From assembly GCA_038801705.1 (NCBI GenBank), contig JAULTC010000001.1, forward strand, positions 369,214 to 433,213: a stretch of 64,000 bases of DNA. The letters are read 5' to 3'. Each line of letters begins with the position of its first letter. Within the stretch, counting starts at the first letter, position 1. The position numbers were made by a program, and so were the translations under genes. This document shows, one piece after another, positions 30,410-40,397 of this stretch. The DNA is from Candidatus Methanosuratincola mesotaenarum. GTDB taxonomy: Archaea; Thermoproteota; Methanomethylicia; Methanomethylicales; Methanomethylicaceae. A model generated the notes under the pieces. The model saw nothing but the letters and a program-made list of their open reading frames with translations, did no database searches and was not told the origin of the DNA.

Positions 30410-31615
30410 TCATTTTATTTCCAGCCCGTACTTCTCCGCAATCTCATGGAAAGCTCCTGCCACATACTTTACCTGGTTCCAGGCGAGCCCGTACGTGTTG
30501 AGCTTAAAGTGCTTGGTCAATCCTGGCTGTATGCCTACGATCTTCCTCGATCTCAGCTCGTCGTAGAGGAAGTACCCCTTGCGCTTGTGGCTCTGGGAGA
30601 CCCTGAAGAATGGGTCTGTCTCGAAGTGCATGAGCGTGTGCCTCTTCGGGCGCTCCCCGATCTGCCTCACTCCCTGGATGCGCTCAAGCTCTCCGACGAG
30701 GAACCTAGCCTTCTGGACCTCCTCGCCCCACCTCTCTACCCTCTCGACGACCTCAGGAAAAGAGGCGATTAGGGTCAACAGCGGAGCCCCCATCACGGTG
30801 CACCCGAGTAAGGCGAGCTCCTTCGACACGAAGTTCCTGTTAGTCAGATCGCCCTGGATCGAGGCTCTCTTGAGGACCTTCTCTTCGAGGCTCTTCCTCA
30901 ATGCAAGGATCCCTGTGGGGGCGCTCGCGGCCCAGCTCTTGTGCCCGCTCCCAGTTATCACGTCAGCAGACACCCCCCTCCCGTCCACTGGCATCACCCC
31001 GGCGCTGTATGCGCAGTTGAGTATAAAGGGCACGCCATAGTCCTGGGCGATCTTCCCGACGACCTTTGCGTCGCTGACGTTGCCGTACTGATAGTCGACG
31101 TGTGTGAGGAGCGCCGCAGCCGGCAGCCTTCCGGTCTCAGCCTTTACCTCCTCGATCTTCGCTGCGTAAGCTTCAAGATCGACCCTGTGCTCGGGGGGGC
31201 ATCCGACAGGCACCTCCTTCACCCGCAGCCCTGCCAGCTCCGCGGCGATGTACGACGAGTAGTGTGCCAGCCCGTCGATCACGACATAGTCCCCTGGGGC
31301 GCCGAGCATCCTGAACGCAATGAACATAGCCTCCCTGCACCGAGTGACTACCCTTGCAGTATCCATGCCGAGAAACTCTGCGAGGTCATTGTAAAAGTCT
31401 TTGATAGGCGGATTCTCGATCATGTCCAGCCGGGCAGACTTGGGCGGGCACCAGTCGCACGTCGAGTAGCCGTCCCCAAACTCGATTATTGCCTTCATTG
31501 CCTCCTCGGTGAGTGCGCCACCCCTCTGTATCGGTTGCAGGTTCACATAATCCTCCTCGGAGAAGTCCCTCCTCAGGTTCCGGTACTTGTTCAGCCGTTC
31601 TTGCGGTATCTTCAA
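30410..31615 (-). CDS. pscS: O-phosphoseryl-tRNA:Cys-tRNA synthase (SepCysS)
   Basis: PIQRGG, DGYSTCDWC, HYSS, HVDYQYGN, LNCAY, SGHKS (PLP lysine), LGCT, KLNTYGL. Confidence 0.96.
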   Translation of the reverse strand: MKIPQERLNKYRNLRRDFSEEDYVNLQPIQRGGALTEEAMKAIIEFGDGYSTCDWCPPKSARLDMIENPPIKDFYNDLAEFLGMDTARVVTRCREAMFIAFRMLGAPGDYVVIDGLAHYSSYIAAELAGLRVKEVPVGCPPEHRVDLEAYAAKIEEVKAETGRLPAAALLTHVDYQYGNVSDAKVVGKIAQDYGVPFILNCAYSAGVMPVDGRGVSADVITGSGHKSWAASAPTGILALRKSLEEKVLKRASIQGDLTNRNFVSKELALLGCTVMGAPLLTLIASFPEVVERVERWGEEVQKARFLVGELERIQGVRQIGERPKRHTLMHFETDPFFRVSQSHKRKGYFLYDELRSRKIVGIQPGLTKHFKLNTYGLAWNQVKYVAGAFHEIAEKYGLEIK

Positions 31616-31617
31616 GG

Positions 31618-31797
31618 CTAGATTACACCGGCCTCTTCTTTCATTCTCCTCAGCAGTGCCTCGCTCCTCGCGACTGCCTCCTCAAACTTCTTCCGATCGA
31701 TTTCGGAGAGCCTGTGCTCCGGGGCGGTCTTCCTAAGGATCTGCTTGACCGCGATCATCTCGCCGATTATCCCGTCGACGCTCTCAGAGAGTCCCAT
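31618..31797 (-). CDS. Small SepCysE N-terminal-domain-like protein (59 aa, not in ORF track)
   Basis: MGLSESVDGIIGEMIAVKQILRKTAPEHRLSEIDRKKFEE...; LxKxAPxHxL motif recalls SepCysE; sits between tRNA-Cys and pscS. Confidence 0.75.
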   Translation of the reverse strand: MGLSESVDGIIGEMIAVKQILRKTAPEHRLSEIDRKKFEEAVARSEALLRRMKEEAGVI

Positions 31798-31809
31798 CGA
31801 GAATCACCA

Positions 31810-31885
31810 TGGAGCTAGGGTAGGGATTCGAACCCCAGTGAAACGGGTCTGCAGCCCGTCGCCTAAACCGCTCAGCCACCCTAGC
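31810..31885 (-). tRNA. tRNA-Cys (GCA), CCA encoded
   Basis: Reverse complement GCTAGGG...ACGGG-CTGCAGA-CCCGT...GTTCGAAT...CCCTAGC-T-CCA; U73, G37. Confidence 0.97.
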
Positions 31886-31991
31886 ACGGAATCAGATCCT
31901 CTGGCATAACTATTTATTTTTTCTCATACATGCAACCCGCCTCGGAATGGCATATTTAGGGAATCGCACAGAAGTGTATCGGGTAACCTAG

Positions 31992-32741
31992 ATGGGCCTA
32001 AAAGAAAGCGAAAAGATCCGTTACAACAGGCAGATGATGATCAAAGGGTGGGGCGAGGGGGCACAACTGAAGATCAAGGCTGCCAAGGTCGCCGTAGTTG
32101 GGTTGGGCGGTCTCGGGAGCCCCGCCTCTCTCTACCTCGCCGCGGCAGGGGTGGGGCACCTCCGCCTCATCGACTGTGACACGGTGGACTTATCTAACCT
32201 TAACAGGCAGGTTCTCCACTGGAGCAGCGACCTTGGGAGGGCCAAGGTAGAGTCGGCAGCGATGAAGCTGACGCAGCTCAACCCCGACATAGTCGTCGAC
32301 CCTGTCAACGAGGCGCTCACGGTGGATAATGTTGCCCAGCTGCTGACAGGGATCGACGTGGTCGTCGACGGGCTCGACAACCTGCAGTCGCGTCTCCTTG
32401 TCAATGAAGCCTGTGTCTGCCTGGGGATCCCATACATTTACGGAGCCGTATACGGGATGGAAGGGTTCTTGACTACGATAGTCCCTGGGAAAGGGCCGTG
32501 CCTCAGGTGCATATACCCTTCAGCATCCGCCCCATCCGAAACATTCCCTGTCCTCGGCGCCACCCCTGGTGTCGTAGCATCCCTGGAGGCTGCCGAGGCA
32601 CTGAAGCTGATAACAGGTCTGGGGAGGCCCGCGATCGGGCGCCTGGTTGTGTGCGACGTCGAGCTGATGCGTTTCGACGAGGTCACCATAAAAAAGGATG
32701 AAGGGTGCCCTGTCTGCGCAAGGCAGAAGCCTATTCGATGA
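31992..32741 (+). CDS. ThiF/MoeB/UbaA E1-like adenylyltransferase
   Basis: RYNRQ, GLGGLGS, DLSNLNRQ, CLRC, CPVC. Confidence 0.95.
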   Translation: MGLKESEKIRYNRQMMIKGWGEGAQLKIKAAKVAVVGLGGLGSPASLYLAAAGVGHLRLIDCDTVDLSNLNRQVLHWSSDLGRAKVESAAMKLTQLNPDIVVDPVNEALTVDNVAQLLTGIDVVVDGLDNLQSRLLVNEACVCLGIPYIYGAVYGMEGFLTTIVPGKGPCLRCIYPSASAPSETFPVLGATPGVVASLEAAEALKLITGLGRPAIGRLVVCDVELMRFDEVTIKKDEGCPVCARQKPIR

Positions 32742-33099
32742 ATTCCCGGCCGGTCTTCTTCAGCAGCCGCTCCCTGGCAACCCTGAGTGCCTCCTCCTCC
32801 CTCCTGGCCTCTTCCTCAATGCTCCTCGTCGGCCTGGCGCTTTTCTCCTCCTGCAGTCCGCAGGTGCCGTTGGGGAGGAGTGCTCTCTTCTCACAGAAGG
32901 CGTAGTTGCATCTTGCTACGACGCAGATGTCCCCCACCCAGTTGCAGAAGGGGACCCCTTCCCTGTTCCCTCTTTGTTCCCACGGGTTGCTTCGGAACCC
33001 TCTCGACTGGGGACCGCCCGACTTTATGTAGAGTGCCCTTTGTCCACATCTGAAATACTGGCAGGTTGCTTTGCATTGTGGCAGGTTTCTCAATTCCAA
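32731..33099 (-). CDS. Cys-rich hypothetical protein
   Basis: CKATCQYFRC...CNWVGDIC...CNYAFC...C; acidic/basic tail. Confidence 0.7.
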   Translation of the reverse strand: MELRNLPQCKATCQYFRCGQRALYIKSGGPQSRGFRSNPWEQRGNREGVPFCNWVGDICVVARCNYAFCEKRALLPNGTCGLQEEKSARPTRSIEEEARREEEALRVARERLLKKTGREFIE

Positions 33100-33360
33100 G
33101 ACCTCTCATTCGGAAATCCAGCTGTTTGCATCCTGCTTTAGAAAACTACAGTAGAAAATAACCTTCAGCGAATAAATAAAGTTTACCGGTGTTTAGCAAG
33201 AACTGCCATACAGGCAAGCAAGCAGGGTGCGTCAGGCTTAAGGGTCTTGCTCACCCGTTTTCATGTGCCAGGCGTACTCGAGAGGGCGAGCAGATCGAGA
33301 CTGGATGGGGGCAGCTCCCGTGTATGACATCGCTTGGAGCGCCGTGGTCTTGAAGGTGTT

Positions 33361-33440
33361 TATTGGTTTGGTTGGGTTGCTGGTTTGTTTATTTATTTAT
33401 TTATTTATTTATTTGCTTGTTTGCTTGCTTGCAGGCAGGC
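33361..33440. repeat. Drifting tetranucleotide simple repeat
   Basis: GTTT/ATTT x6/GCTT/GCAG 4-periodic run. Confidence 0.85.
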
Positions 33441-33738
33441 GGACCGCTGGTAAAAACATCCATGGTGCGCAACCCCTCAGGAGCCCCCATGAATAGCACC
33501 GCTCTGACGTCAGGCTGAACGTACGTATGTACGTACATATGTACAAAGCTAGACACCAGACTTGCATGGTGACGGGAGCAGAAGGAAAGATCTTGCGTGG
33601 CGTATGGTTTTTCGATTCGACTAGGCACTCCTGTTACGAGCATGGACCGTGATTTTAGCAACGCCTCGGCGTTCTGAAAGACCAAACAATATAAATGACC
33701 TCGATACGGCTATGAGAGGTGGGCAGGGACTGGGACAG

Positions 33739-34860
33739 ATGGAGAGGGTGGATCCGGTTGTAACCCCTTGGGAAGTGAGGGGCGAGGTCGACTACAAGGA
33801 GCTCATCGAGAAGTTTGGGGTCGAGCCGATTACTGAAGAGATCGTCAAAAGGCTGAGAAAGCATTCCAGCGGACTACATGTGCTGCTCAGGAGGGGCGTG
33901 TTCTTCTCCCACAGGGAATTCGACGAGTGGATCGACTCCTACGAGAAGGGTGTCAAGGTCATATTGTATACAGGCAGGGGGCCCTCAGGAAACACCCACT
34001 TGGGGCACATGATACCATGGATGTTCACAAAGTATCTGCAGGACACCTTTAAGTGTGATCTCTACTTCCAGATAACCGATGACGAGAAGTTCCTCTTCAA
34101 CCCAGAATTGTCGACTGACCAAGTAGCCGAGTATACGAAGGGGAATCTGCTCGACATAATCGCCGTCGGTTTCGACCCTGAGAGGACCAAGATCTTCACC
34201 GACCTCACATATTCCAAGCCGCTTTACAACATGGCGGTCAGGATCGCAAAACATGTAACCTTCTCAACCGCGAAGGCGACTTTCGGATTCTCGGATAGCT
34301 CGAACATAGGCATGGTATTCTTCCCAGCCATGCAGGCTGCACCATGCTTTCTCCACCAGTATCTGACATCAGAGGATGCCCATGTGCTCATACCCTGCGC
34401 GATAGACCAAGAGCCCTACTGGAGGGTCTCTAGGGATGTGGCGCCGAAGATGGGCTACAGAAAGCCTGCAGGGGTATACAGCAAGTTCATACCAGGACTC
34501 GGCAGTGGGGGCAAGATGAGCGCAAGTCTTCCGGATACTGCGATCTTTCTCTCAGACACGAATGAAGAGGCCGTCAGGAAGGTGAAGAATGCCTTCACGG
34601 GCGGACAGCCGACGATAAGGGAACAGAAGGAGAGAGGGGGGAATCCGGACATCTGTGTCGTGTACAGCTACCTCTACAGCCTCTTCGATGAGGACGACAG
34701 AGCTGTCGCCGAGACATACTCCTCCTGTAAGGGGGGAGGGCTGATCTGCGGGGAGTGCAAGGAGAGGCTAGCTAGGAAGGTGGTTGCATTCCTCGAGGAC
34801 CACAGAGCGCGCAGGGAGAAAGCCAAGGATTCCGTAGGCAAGTTCCTCATCAAGGAGTAG
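33739..34860 (+). CDS. trpS: Tryptophanyl-tRNA synthetase
   Basis: VTPW, YTGRGPS..HLGH, AIDQ, KMSAS. Confidence 0.97.
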   Translation: MERVDPVVTPWEVRGEVDYKELIEKFGVEPITEEIVKRLRKHSSGLHVLLRRGVFFSHREFDEWIDSYEKGVKVILYTGRGPSGNTHLGHMIPWMFTKYLQDTFKCDLYFQITDDEKFLFNPELSTDQVAEYTKGNLLDIIAVGFDPERTKIFTDLTYSKPLYNMAVRIAKHVTFSTAKATFGFSDSSNIGMVFFPAMQAAPCFLHQYLTSEDAHVLIPCAIDQEPYWRVSRDVAPKMGYRKPAGVYSKFIPGLGSGGKMSASLPDTAIFLSDTNEEAVRKVKNAFTGGQPTIREQKERGGNPDICVVYSYLYSLFDEDDRAVAETYSSCKGGGLICGECKERLARKVVAFLEDHRARREKAKDSVGKFLIKE

Positions 34861-34865
34861 GGAAA

Positions 34866-35291
34866 TTGAAAAAGGCTCTGGCAACCATTTTGGTACTCGC
34901 GGCGCTGGCATCGTCTCTTGCGGCAGCTGCGTTGGTATTCTCGGCGCCAAGGCCAGGCTTCCCTGGGAATGAGGCGATACTCGACCACCCCCAGCTGAAC
35001 GCCTCGGTATCCAGCGGGAAGGGGACGGTTGTGTACTTCTCTGCACCCGACTGCCCCACCTGCATGCTCCAGGACAGGGACATGGACGCCGTGTACTCCG
35101 AGTACGCCCAGCATGTCAACTTCGTCTACCTCAAGCACTCGCAGGAGCTTGCAAGGGTATTCGAAGAGTGGTCGGTGATAAAAGTGCCCACTTCGGTTTT
35201 TATAGACAAGGATGGAATCGTGGTTAGCAGGTACGATGGGACATATTTAGATATCGAGGAGATCAGGAAGGAGATCGAGAGGATAAAGTGA
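34866..35291 (+). CDS. Exported thioredoxin-fold protein
   Basis: Signal peptide, CPTC, VPT. Confidence 0.85.
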   Translation: MKKALATILVLAALASSLAAAALVFSAPRPGFPGNEAILDHPQLNASVSSGKGTVVYFSAPDCPTCMLQDRDMDAVYSEYAQHVNFVYLKHSQELARVFEEWSVIKVPTSVFIDKDGIVVSRYDGTYLDIEEIRKEIERIK

Positions 35292-35908
35292 TGGATCTCT
35301 TCCAAATTGCCTTTGCTTTCTCCCTCGGTTTCGCAAGCGCGGCGACCCCATGCGTCCTGCCGATCGTCCCTGGCTACCTTGCATTCGTCTTCGGTTCAGA
35401 GAGATTCGAGTTGTTGAGGGGGTCTCTTGTCGTCTACCTCGGCGTCATGACAGGCGGGATAGCCCTAGCGGCGCTGATCGGGCTGGCGGGCGGGGCGCTT
35501 GGAGGGAAGTGGTTCTACGGGGCGTCAGCAGTGATCCTTTCGCTGATACTCATAGACTCGCTTTTCACGCACAGGATCAGGCCAGCACCAGTCGGAATTC
35601 TCAAAGGTAAGAGGGGGGCTGTGGCAGGCTTTTTGTTCGGAATGCTGATAATATTCATCGCTTGCCCGTGCATCCTCCCCCTGCTCGCGGCACTCTCGAT
35701 ATATGCCATCACCGTCGAGGAACTTGCCGCCAGGTTTTTGCTTTTGGTGGCTTATGCTGCCGGCCTGGGCCTTCCGTTCTTCATAATCGGGGCATGCGCA
35801 AGCGCTGGGAAAAAATTGATCAGAGTCTCGAGGTGGTCAAAGGCGGTAGAGGTGCCTGTGCTTCTGGCAACCCTGACATGGATCATTTGGTCCCTCATTG
35901 CTACCTAG
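35288..35908 (+). CDS. CcdA/DsbD transmembrane electron transporter
   Basis: TPCVLPIVPGYL, ACPCILP, AGLGLPF. Confidence 0.9.
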   Translation: MMDLFQIAFAFSLGFASAATPCVLPIVPGYLAFVFGSERFELLRGSLVVYLGVMTGGIALAALIGLAGGALGGKWFYGASAVILSLILIDSLFTHRIRPAPVGILKGKRGAVAGFLFGMLIIFIACPCILPLLAALSIYAITVEELAARFLLLVAYAAGLGLPFFIIGACASAGKKLIRVSRWSKAVEVPVLLATLTWIIWSLIAT

Positions 35909-36138
35909 GGCGACCCGACCAAAGTCGTGGACTGTATGGATCCAGGGATCCGCCTTATCTGCGTGACTATCTCGTCGAGCGCATTAAGGTCATCCACCTC
36001 GAGCCTGACGAAGACATCAAACTCGCCATAGACAGCCCTGCACTCTGTCACGCCCTTAAGCCTCTTGATCTCCTTCATTATCTCGTGCTCCTTCCCAGTG
36101 TCCGTCACAAGGAGCATATACGCAATTATGCCTACCAT
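35905..36138 (-). CDS. Lrp/AsnC ligand-binding-domain protein
   Basis: AYML...VYGEFDV...IRRIPG..STTL; ATG 36138. Confidence 0.88.
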   Translation of the reverse strand: MVGIIAYMLLVTDTGKEHEIMKEIKRLKGVTECRAVYGEFDVFVRLEVDDLNALDEIVTQIRRIPGSIQSTTLVGSP

Positions 36139-36303
36139 TGAATTGAAACACCCTTCAGAATAAGGGTTTGTTGGCTTTTTTAACCCTTCCGGCGAGGTGA
36201 GACGCGGGATTGCCTTGAAGCTGCCAAATGCATTCCCTCGATCCGCGTAGGGAAATGGCAAGCAATATCAAAAGGCATGCCCTAGACTATAACAGGGAGA
36301 AGG

Positions 36304-36885
36304 ATGAAAGTAATTGTTGGAATCACGGGTGCGACAGGGACTGTCTACGGGTATAGGCTACTCCAGAGGCTCAGGGAATGTGGTGTTGAAACCACAATAA
36401 TCATCTCAGATTATGCGATGAGGATACTCGAGATGGAGGACTCGAAGTCTATGGAGGACCTCATGAAGTTCGGTGAGGTGTATAGGAATTCTGACATGAT
36501 GGCCCCGACCGCGAGCGGCAGCTGCAGGTTCGACGCAATGGTCATAGCGCCTTGCACAATGAAGACGCTGGCGGAGGTTGCGAATGGGTTGTCTTCCAAC
36601 CTCGTCTCAAGGACGGCCGATGTGGCTCTCAAGGAGAGGAGAAAGCTAGTACTCGTTACGAGGGAGACGCCTCTCAGCCTGGTGCACATAAGGAACATGC
36701 TTAAGGCGACTTTAGCAGGCGCAGTTGTGCTCCCTGCTTCTCCCGGATTCTACCACAAGCCGAAAACGGTCGACGATCTCGTTGACTACCTCATAGGGAA
36801 GGTGCTCGACCAGCTTGGCATTGAGAACAGCCTGTTCAGGAGGTGGGGGGCTGGGAGGCATGATCCTACAGGCAATGCTCCCTAA
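36304..36885 (+). CDS. ubiX: Flavin prenyltransferase
   Basis: GITGATG, ASGS, PCTMKTL, KERR.LVL..RETP, PGFYHKP. Confidence 0.96.
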   Translation: MKVIVGITGATGTVYGYRLLQRLRECGVETTIIISDYAMRILEMEDSKSMEDLMKFGEVYRNSDMMAPTASGSCRFDAMVIAPCTMKTLAEVANGLSSNLVSRTADVALKERRKLVLVTRETPLSLVHIRNMLKATLAGAVVLPASPGFYHKPKTVDDLVDYLIGKVLDQLGIENSLFRRWGAGRHDPTGNAP

Positions 36886-37219
36886 TCTGCTCGATGAGGA
36901 GATCGGCGCATGCCAAGGCGTTCCTCACGAGGATTGAGATCTCTTCCTTAGTGGCATTTTCAACGTGTATCCCAACAACAGCGAGGCACCTTCTCCCTGT
37001 TGCCCTGCTGATCTTCTCCGAAACTTGGTGCGATACCACAAAGTCCTTGTGGAAAGGGATGGATAGCGAGACGGCGGAGGCGGACGGATCAGACAGCGAG
37101 AGCCCACCGATGTGGGGTTTCTCTCCTCCTCCGACAAAAACGAGGAGGTCGCCCCCCGCCTTTAAAGCCTCGGCGACGATCTGGTAGCGCCCCTCTCCGA
37201 ACTTGACGCTTATCCCCAT
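36866..37219 (-). CDS. LpdD-like prFMN chaperone family protein
   Basis: GGGEKPHIG, HKD, VVGIHVENATKEEI. Confidence 0.7.
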   Translation of the reverse strand: MGISVKFGEGRYQIVAEALKAGGDLLVFVGGGEKPHIGGLSLSDPSASAVSLSIPFHKDFVVSHQVSEKISRATGRRCLAVVGIHVENATKEEISILVRNALACADLLIEQIREHCL

Positions 37220-37229
37220 TTCGCACCAC

Positions 37230-38384
37230 TCAGATTATCCAGTCTTTGCTCGCCAGCTTCTCTGGGAGGTAGACGTCCGAGAGGAACCTGAAGCCCTTGG
37301 ACGACTTGGCCTCGATCTCAGCCTTCACGCGCCTGTCAAGGAATAGGTTGATCTCCTGGCGCCAGCGTTTCGAGTTGTAGAACCATGGGTACCTCGGCTT
37401 CTTTGTCTTCGAATCCCTCACGAGGAGCTCCTTCGCCCGCTTAATGTCCATGTCGTTTGCCTTTATGAGGTGGTCCTTCGGGATCTCATACTTGTCAAGG
37501 TCAGTCATGGTGAGGCCCAAGAACTTCGCATCTGGGCAAGCTAGCCTGAAGGATTCGTAGGAGAGGCTTATGCTGCCTGCCCTGTAGGTCGAGTATATGT
37601 ACCACCCGAACGGGTCAGCATCAGTCAGGACATACACAGGGAGGCCCCACTCCTCGTTGAGACGCCTAACCATCCTCCGGGTTGCCCTGTCCGCCTGTCC
37701 TTTTCCAGTGATAAGAACGCACTTGTTCTTCCTCCAGAATTCATAGTCGTTGAGCCGCTGGAATATTGCGTCCTTCTCGACGACCAGGACGTATCCCGCG
37801 TCGACGCTCACGATCTGGATCTGGTCGCAGAGCGACGGTATGTTGAAGGCACCGATCCCGAATCTGGAGCAGTCGATCTTGTTCCCCTTTGACTCGAGGA
37901 TCACTTCGCCCACGAGAGCGCCCCTTGACTCGGCCACGACCCCCATCTGCTCGCGCAGAAGACCGGTCATGACCTCTATGTCTTGGAAGATGTTGTTGGA
38001 CTCGTCTTGGCTGTTGAATGTCTCGATGTTTGTGCCTTCGATCGTGTGGAGGGTGTAGTAGTAGAGGTCCCTTATCGTGGGGTGATCATCATGCTGCAGT
38101 GCCTCGTATATGCCCCTCGCGAGGAGGAGCGTCTGCATGAACGACCTCACTTCACTGATGTCGTTGAAGCACCGCTCGCTAGTTCTCTCTCCGAGCGTAA
38201 GGATCTGGCGCCGCTCGTCGTACAGGGTGTTGGAGGCTGCCCTTACAGGTATCCTGAGCACGGGCGGCTTCGATTCAGCTAGGTCGAAGGCGAGGTTCAT
38301 GAAGATCTGCCGGAGTTTTTTGGCCGAGTCGTCGAAGCTCTCCAGCGGTCGTATCTTCTGATCGGGCTTCTTGGCCTTGACCAT
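37230..38384 (-). CDS. top6A: DNA topoisomerase VI subunit A
   Basis: RDLYY catalytic Tyr, VEKDA, DADP TOPRIM, KAEIEA. Confidence 0.95.
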   Translation of the reverse strand: MVKAKKPDQKIRPLESFDDSAKKLRQIFMNLAFDLAESKPPVLRIPVRAASNTLYDERRQILTLGERTSERCFNDISEVRSFMQTLLLARGIYEALQHDDHPTIRDLYYYTLHTIEGTNIETFNSQDESNNIFQDIEVMTGLLREQMGVVAESRGALVGEVILESKGNKIDCSRFGIGAFNIPSLCDQIQIVSVDAGYVLVVEKDAIFQRLNDYEFWRKNKCVLITGKGQADRATRRMVRRLNEEWGLPVYVLTDADPFGWYIYSTYRAGSISLSYESFRLACPDAKFLGLTMTDLDKYEIPKDHLIKANDMDIKRAKELLVRDSKTKKPRYPWFYNSKRWRQEINLFLDRRVKAEIEAKSSKGFRFLSDVYLPEKLASKDWII

Positions 38385-38388
38385 GCTA

Positions 38389-40314
38389 TCACCTCAGGTA
38401 CTCCTCGAGGGTGAACTGCTGCTTTTTTGGTTTCTGGACAGGAATCTCTACGGGAATCTCGGCTGGATCCCCCGCAAGGGATCGGATGGCATCAGTGGCT
38501 GGCGTCTGTGTTGAGGGGGTTCCTGACCCATGCGCGCGGATCGCCCTGGCTTTCTGCTTCTTTGTCTTTACAGACGCCATCAACCTGTTGTATATCAGCT
38601 CCTGGTCCTGCCCAGTCAGGACGGACATGTCTCTGGCGATCTCCCTCGCGTAGATCTGGAAGATGCTCTGTCTGTGCTGCTCGTGCTCCTGCCTCTGTCG
38701 GTGGGAGATGTATCCTTGGATCAGCCTCCCTAGGCTCTGCAGGGCGAGCCTGAGCTGTTCCCGGATCTCCTCGTGGTAGGCCACAGCAAACTTCCCAGGG
38801 ACGGAGTATGGCACCTTGGTGGAGACCAGCGAGATGATGATCACGATCGGAGCCATGGGGAGATTCCCCTCGTCCTGGGGCAGCTTGTAATTCTTCCAGT
38901 TAATCTCCTTGACCACTTTGTAGAGAAGGCAGTCCCTCGAGTCGTAGATGAGCGGGCACTTGTTTGCAAGCCGGATCACCCTCGATTTAAAGACACCCTC
39001 CTTTACCCTCTCGCAGTCCCCGATCACGGACTTTCCCCCGTACGCAGCCCCGACCTCGATCTGGAACGGGACGCCGCGGTACGACCATGGTTCCCTGGAA
39101 GCGGTGCAGATAAACTCCGCGTCAGAGTAGATCCGCCTGATAGACTGCCGGAGGGCATCCTCGCCTATCGGGCTGAGAACATCCAAGGGCGGGCGCATCA
39201 GGTCGCCTTCCCTCGCAGCCTTCAGCAGTGCCTCGACGTCGATTTCCTTCGGGGAAGAAGTTGGACTGAGCCCCGCAGCCTTCAGAAGATCCTCGGCTTT
39301 CGCGTCGGAGATCCTCACGAAGTGTCTGACCAGGAACTGCTTGGCTGTGGCGCAGCAGGCATCGTTGGATTTCATCTCCAGGAGTGCCCCAGGCTCCATG
39401 GACAGGAGGTGCGGCTTGATCTCCTTGGGAGGCGGAGGGAGAATCTCGTTGGCCCTCTTAAAGTGGAGCTCCTTGGGTTCCTGCCCTGCCTGGGCGACCA
39501 CGGTGAACTTTAGGTCTGCGTGGGGGTTTGCGAGTGAGAGCTCCTTTATGAAAGACTCGACTTTCTGTGTGTAGTCCCCAGCGATCATGAGCTCAACCCG
39601 GGTGCCGTGGGATCTGGGGAAGTCTACCTCCTCAGAGGAGACTACGACCGGCGAGTTCCTCTCGGTGTCTATCTTCAGGACCACGCGGTATGCTTTCGGG
39701 TCGGACTCGATCTTTGTCGTTATGACTGCGGGCTCGAGGGAGGTGAGCTGGGCATATATTATGGCTGCGTGGACGCCCAGCCCCTGCTGCCCGCGGGACT
39801 GCTTGAAGGAGAAGAACTTCGATCCGTAAAGGACGCTCCCGAAGCACTTCGCCACCTTCCCCTTGAGGACGCCGCAGCCGTTGTCCTCGACTGCGAGTCT
39901 AAAGACGGGGAAGGCCCTGACGCCCCCATCCTTGGTCTTGTTTGTGACCACTTCGTACTTCTTTGCTGTGGCCGTCAGCTCAACAGTGACCTCTGGAAGG
40001 ACTCCCATCGCCTCGCAGGCGTCCAGCGAGTTGTCCATCAGCTCCTTTATGGTCTGGACGAGCGCGTGTTCTGGGTCTCCAAAACCGAGCTGGCCCAGGT
40101 TCTGGCGGTAGTACTGGGCAGGGTTTACCGCCCGCATCTTTCTGGCCTCAGCCTCTGCGACTGTCAGGAGTTCCCTATGGACGGGCTTGGCGTGCTTCTG
40201 CTTCTTGGGGCTAGTCTTCCCACTAGAGGAGACCCTTTTGTGCGCCTTGCCCTGCGGTCCAACCTCTGGAGCCACATCTACCAAACAGCAGACCCTCACT
40301 TGGCAGATTGCCAA
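38389..40314 (-). CDS. top6B: DNA topoisomerase VI subunit B (start uncertain)
   Basis: KELMDNSLDA, EDNG.G, QSRGQQGLG, HGTRV, RLANKCPL. Confidence 0.95.
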   Translation of the reverse strand: MAICQVRVCCLVDVAPEVGPQGKAHKRVSSSGKTSPKKQKHAKPVHRELLTVAEAEARKMRAVNPAQYYRQNLGQLGFGDPEHALVQTIKELMDNSLDACEAMGVLPEVTVELTATAKKYEVVTNKTKDGGVRAFPVFRLAVEDNGCGVLKGKVAKCFGSVLYGSKFFSFKQSRGQQGLGVHAAIIYAQLTSLEPAVITTKIESDPKAYRVVLKIDTERNSPVVVSSEEVDFPRSHGTRVELMIAGDYTQKVESFIKELSLANPHADLKFTVVAQAGQEPKELHFKRANEILPPPPKEIKPHLLSMEPGALLEMKSNDACCATAKQFLVRHFVRISDAKAEDLLKAAGLSPTSSPKEIDVEALLKAAREGDLMRPPLDVLSPIGEDALRQSIRRIYSDAEFICTASREPWSYRGVPFQIEVGAAYGGKSVIGDCERVKEGVFKSRVIRLANKCPLIYDSRDCLLYKVVKEINWKNYKLPQDEGNLPMAPIVIIISLVSTKVPYSVPGKFAVAYHEEIREQLRLALQSLGRLIQGYISHRQRQEHEQHRQSIFQIYAREIARDMSVLTGQDQELIYNRLMASVKTKKQKARAIRAHGSGTPSTQTPATDAIRSLAGDPAEIPVEIPVQKPKKQQFTLEEYLR

Positions 40315-40397
40315 AATTTTTCGTTTACCACTAAATCGGGAAACGTATTTATCGTTTCCCTGGAGTACGGGCGGGCAGGCTTGCTTGCTTGCTTAGA

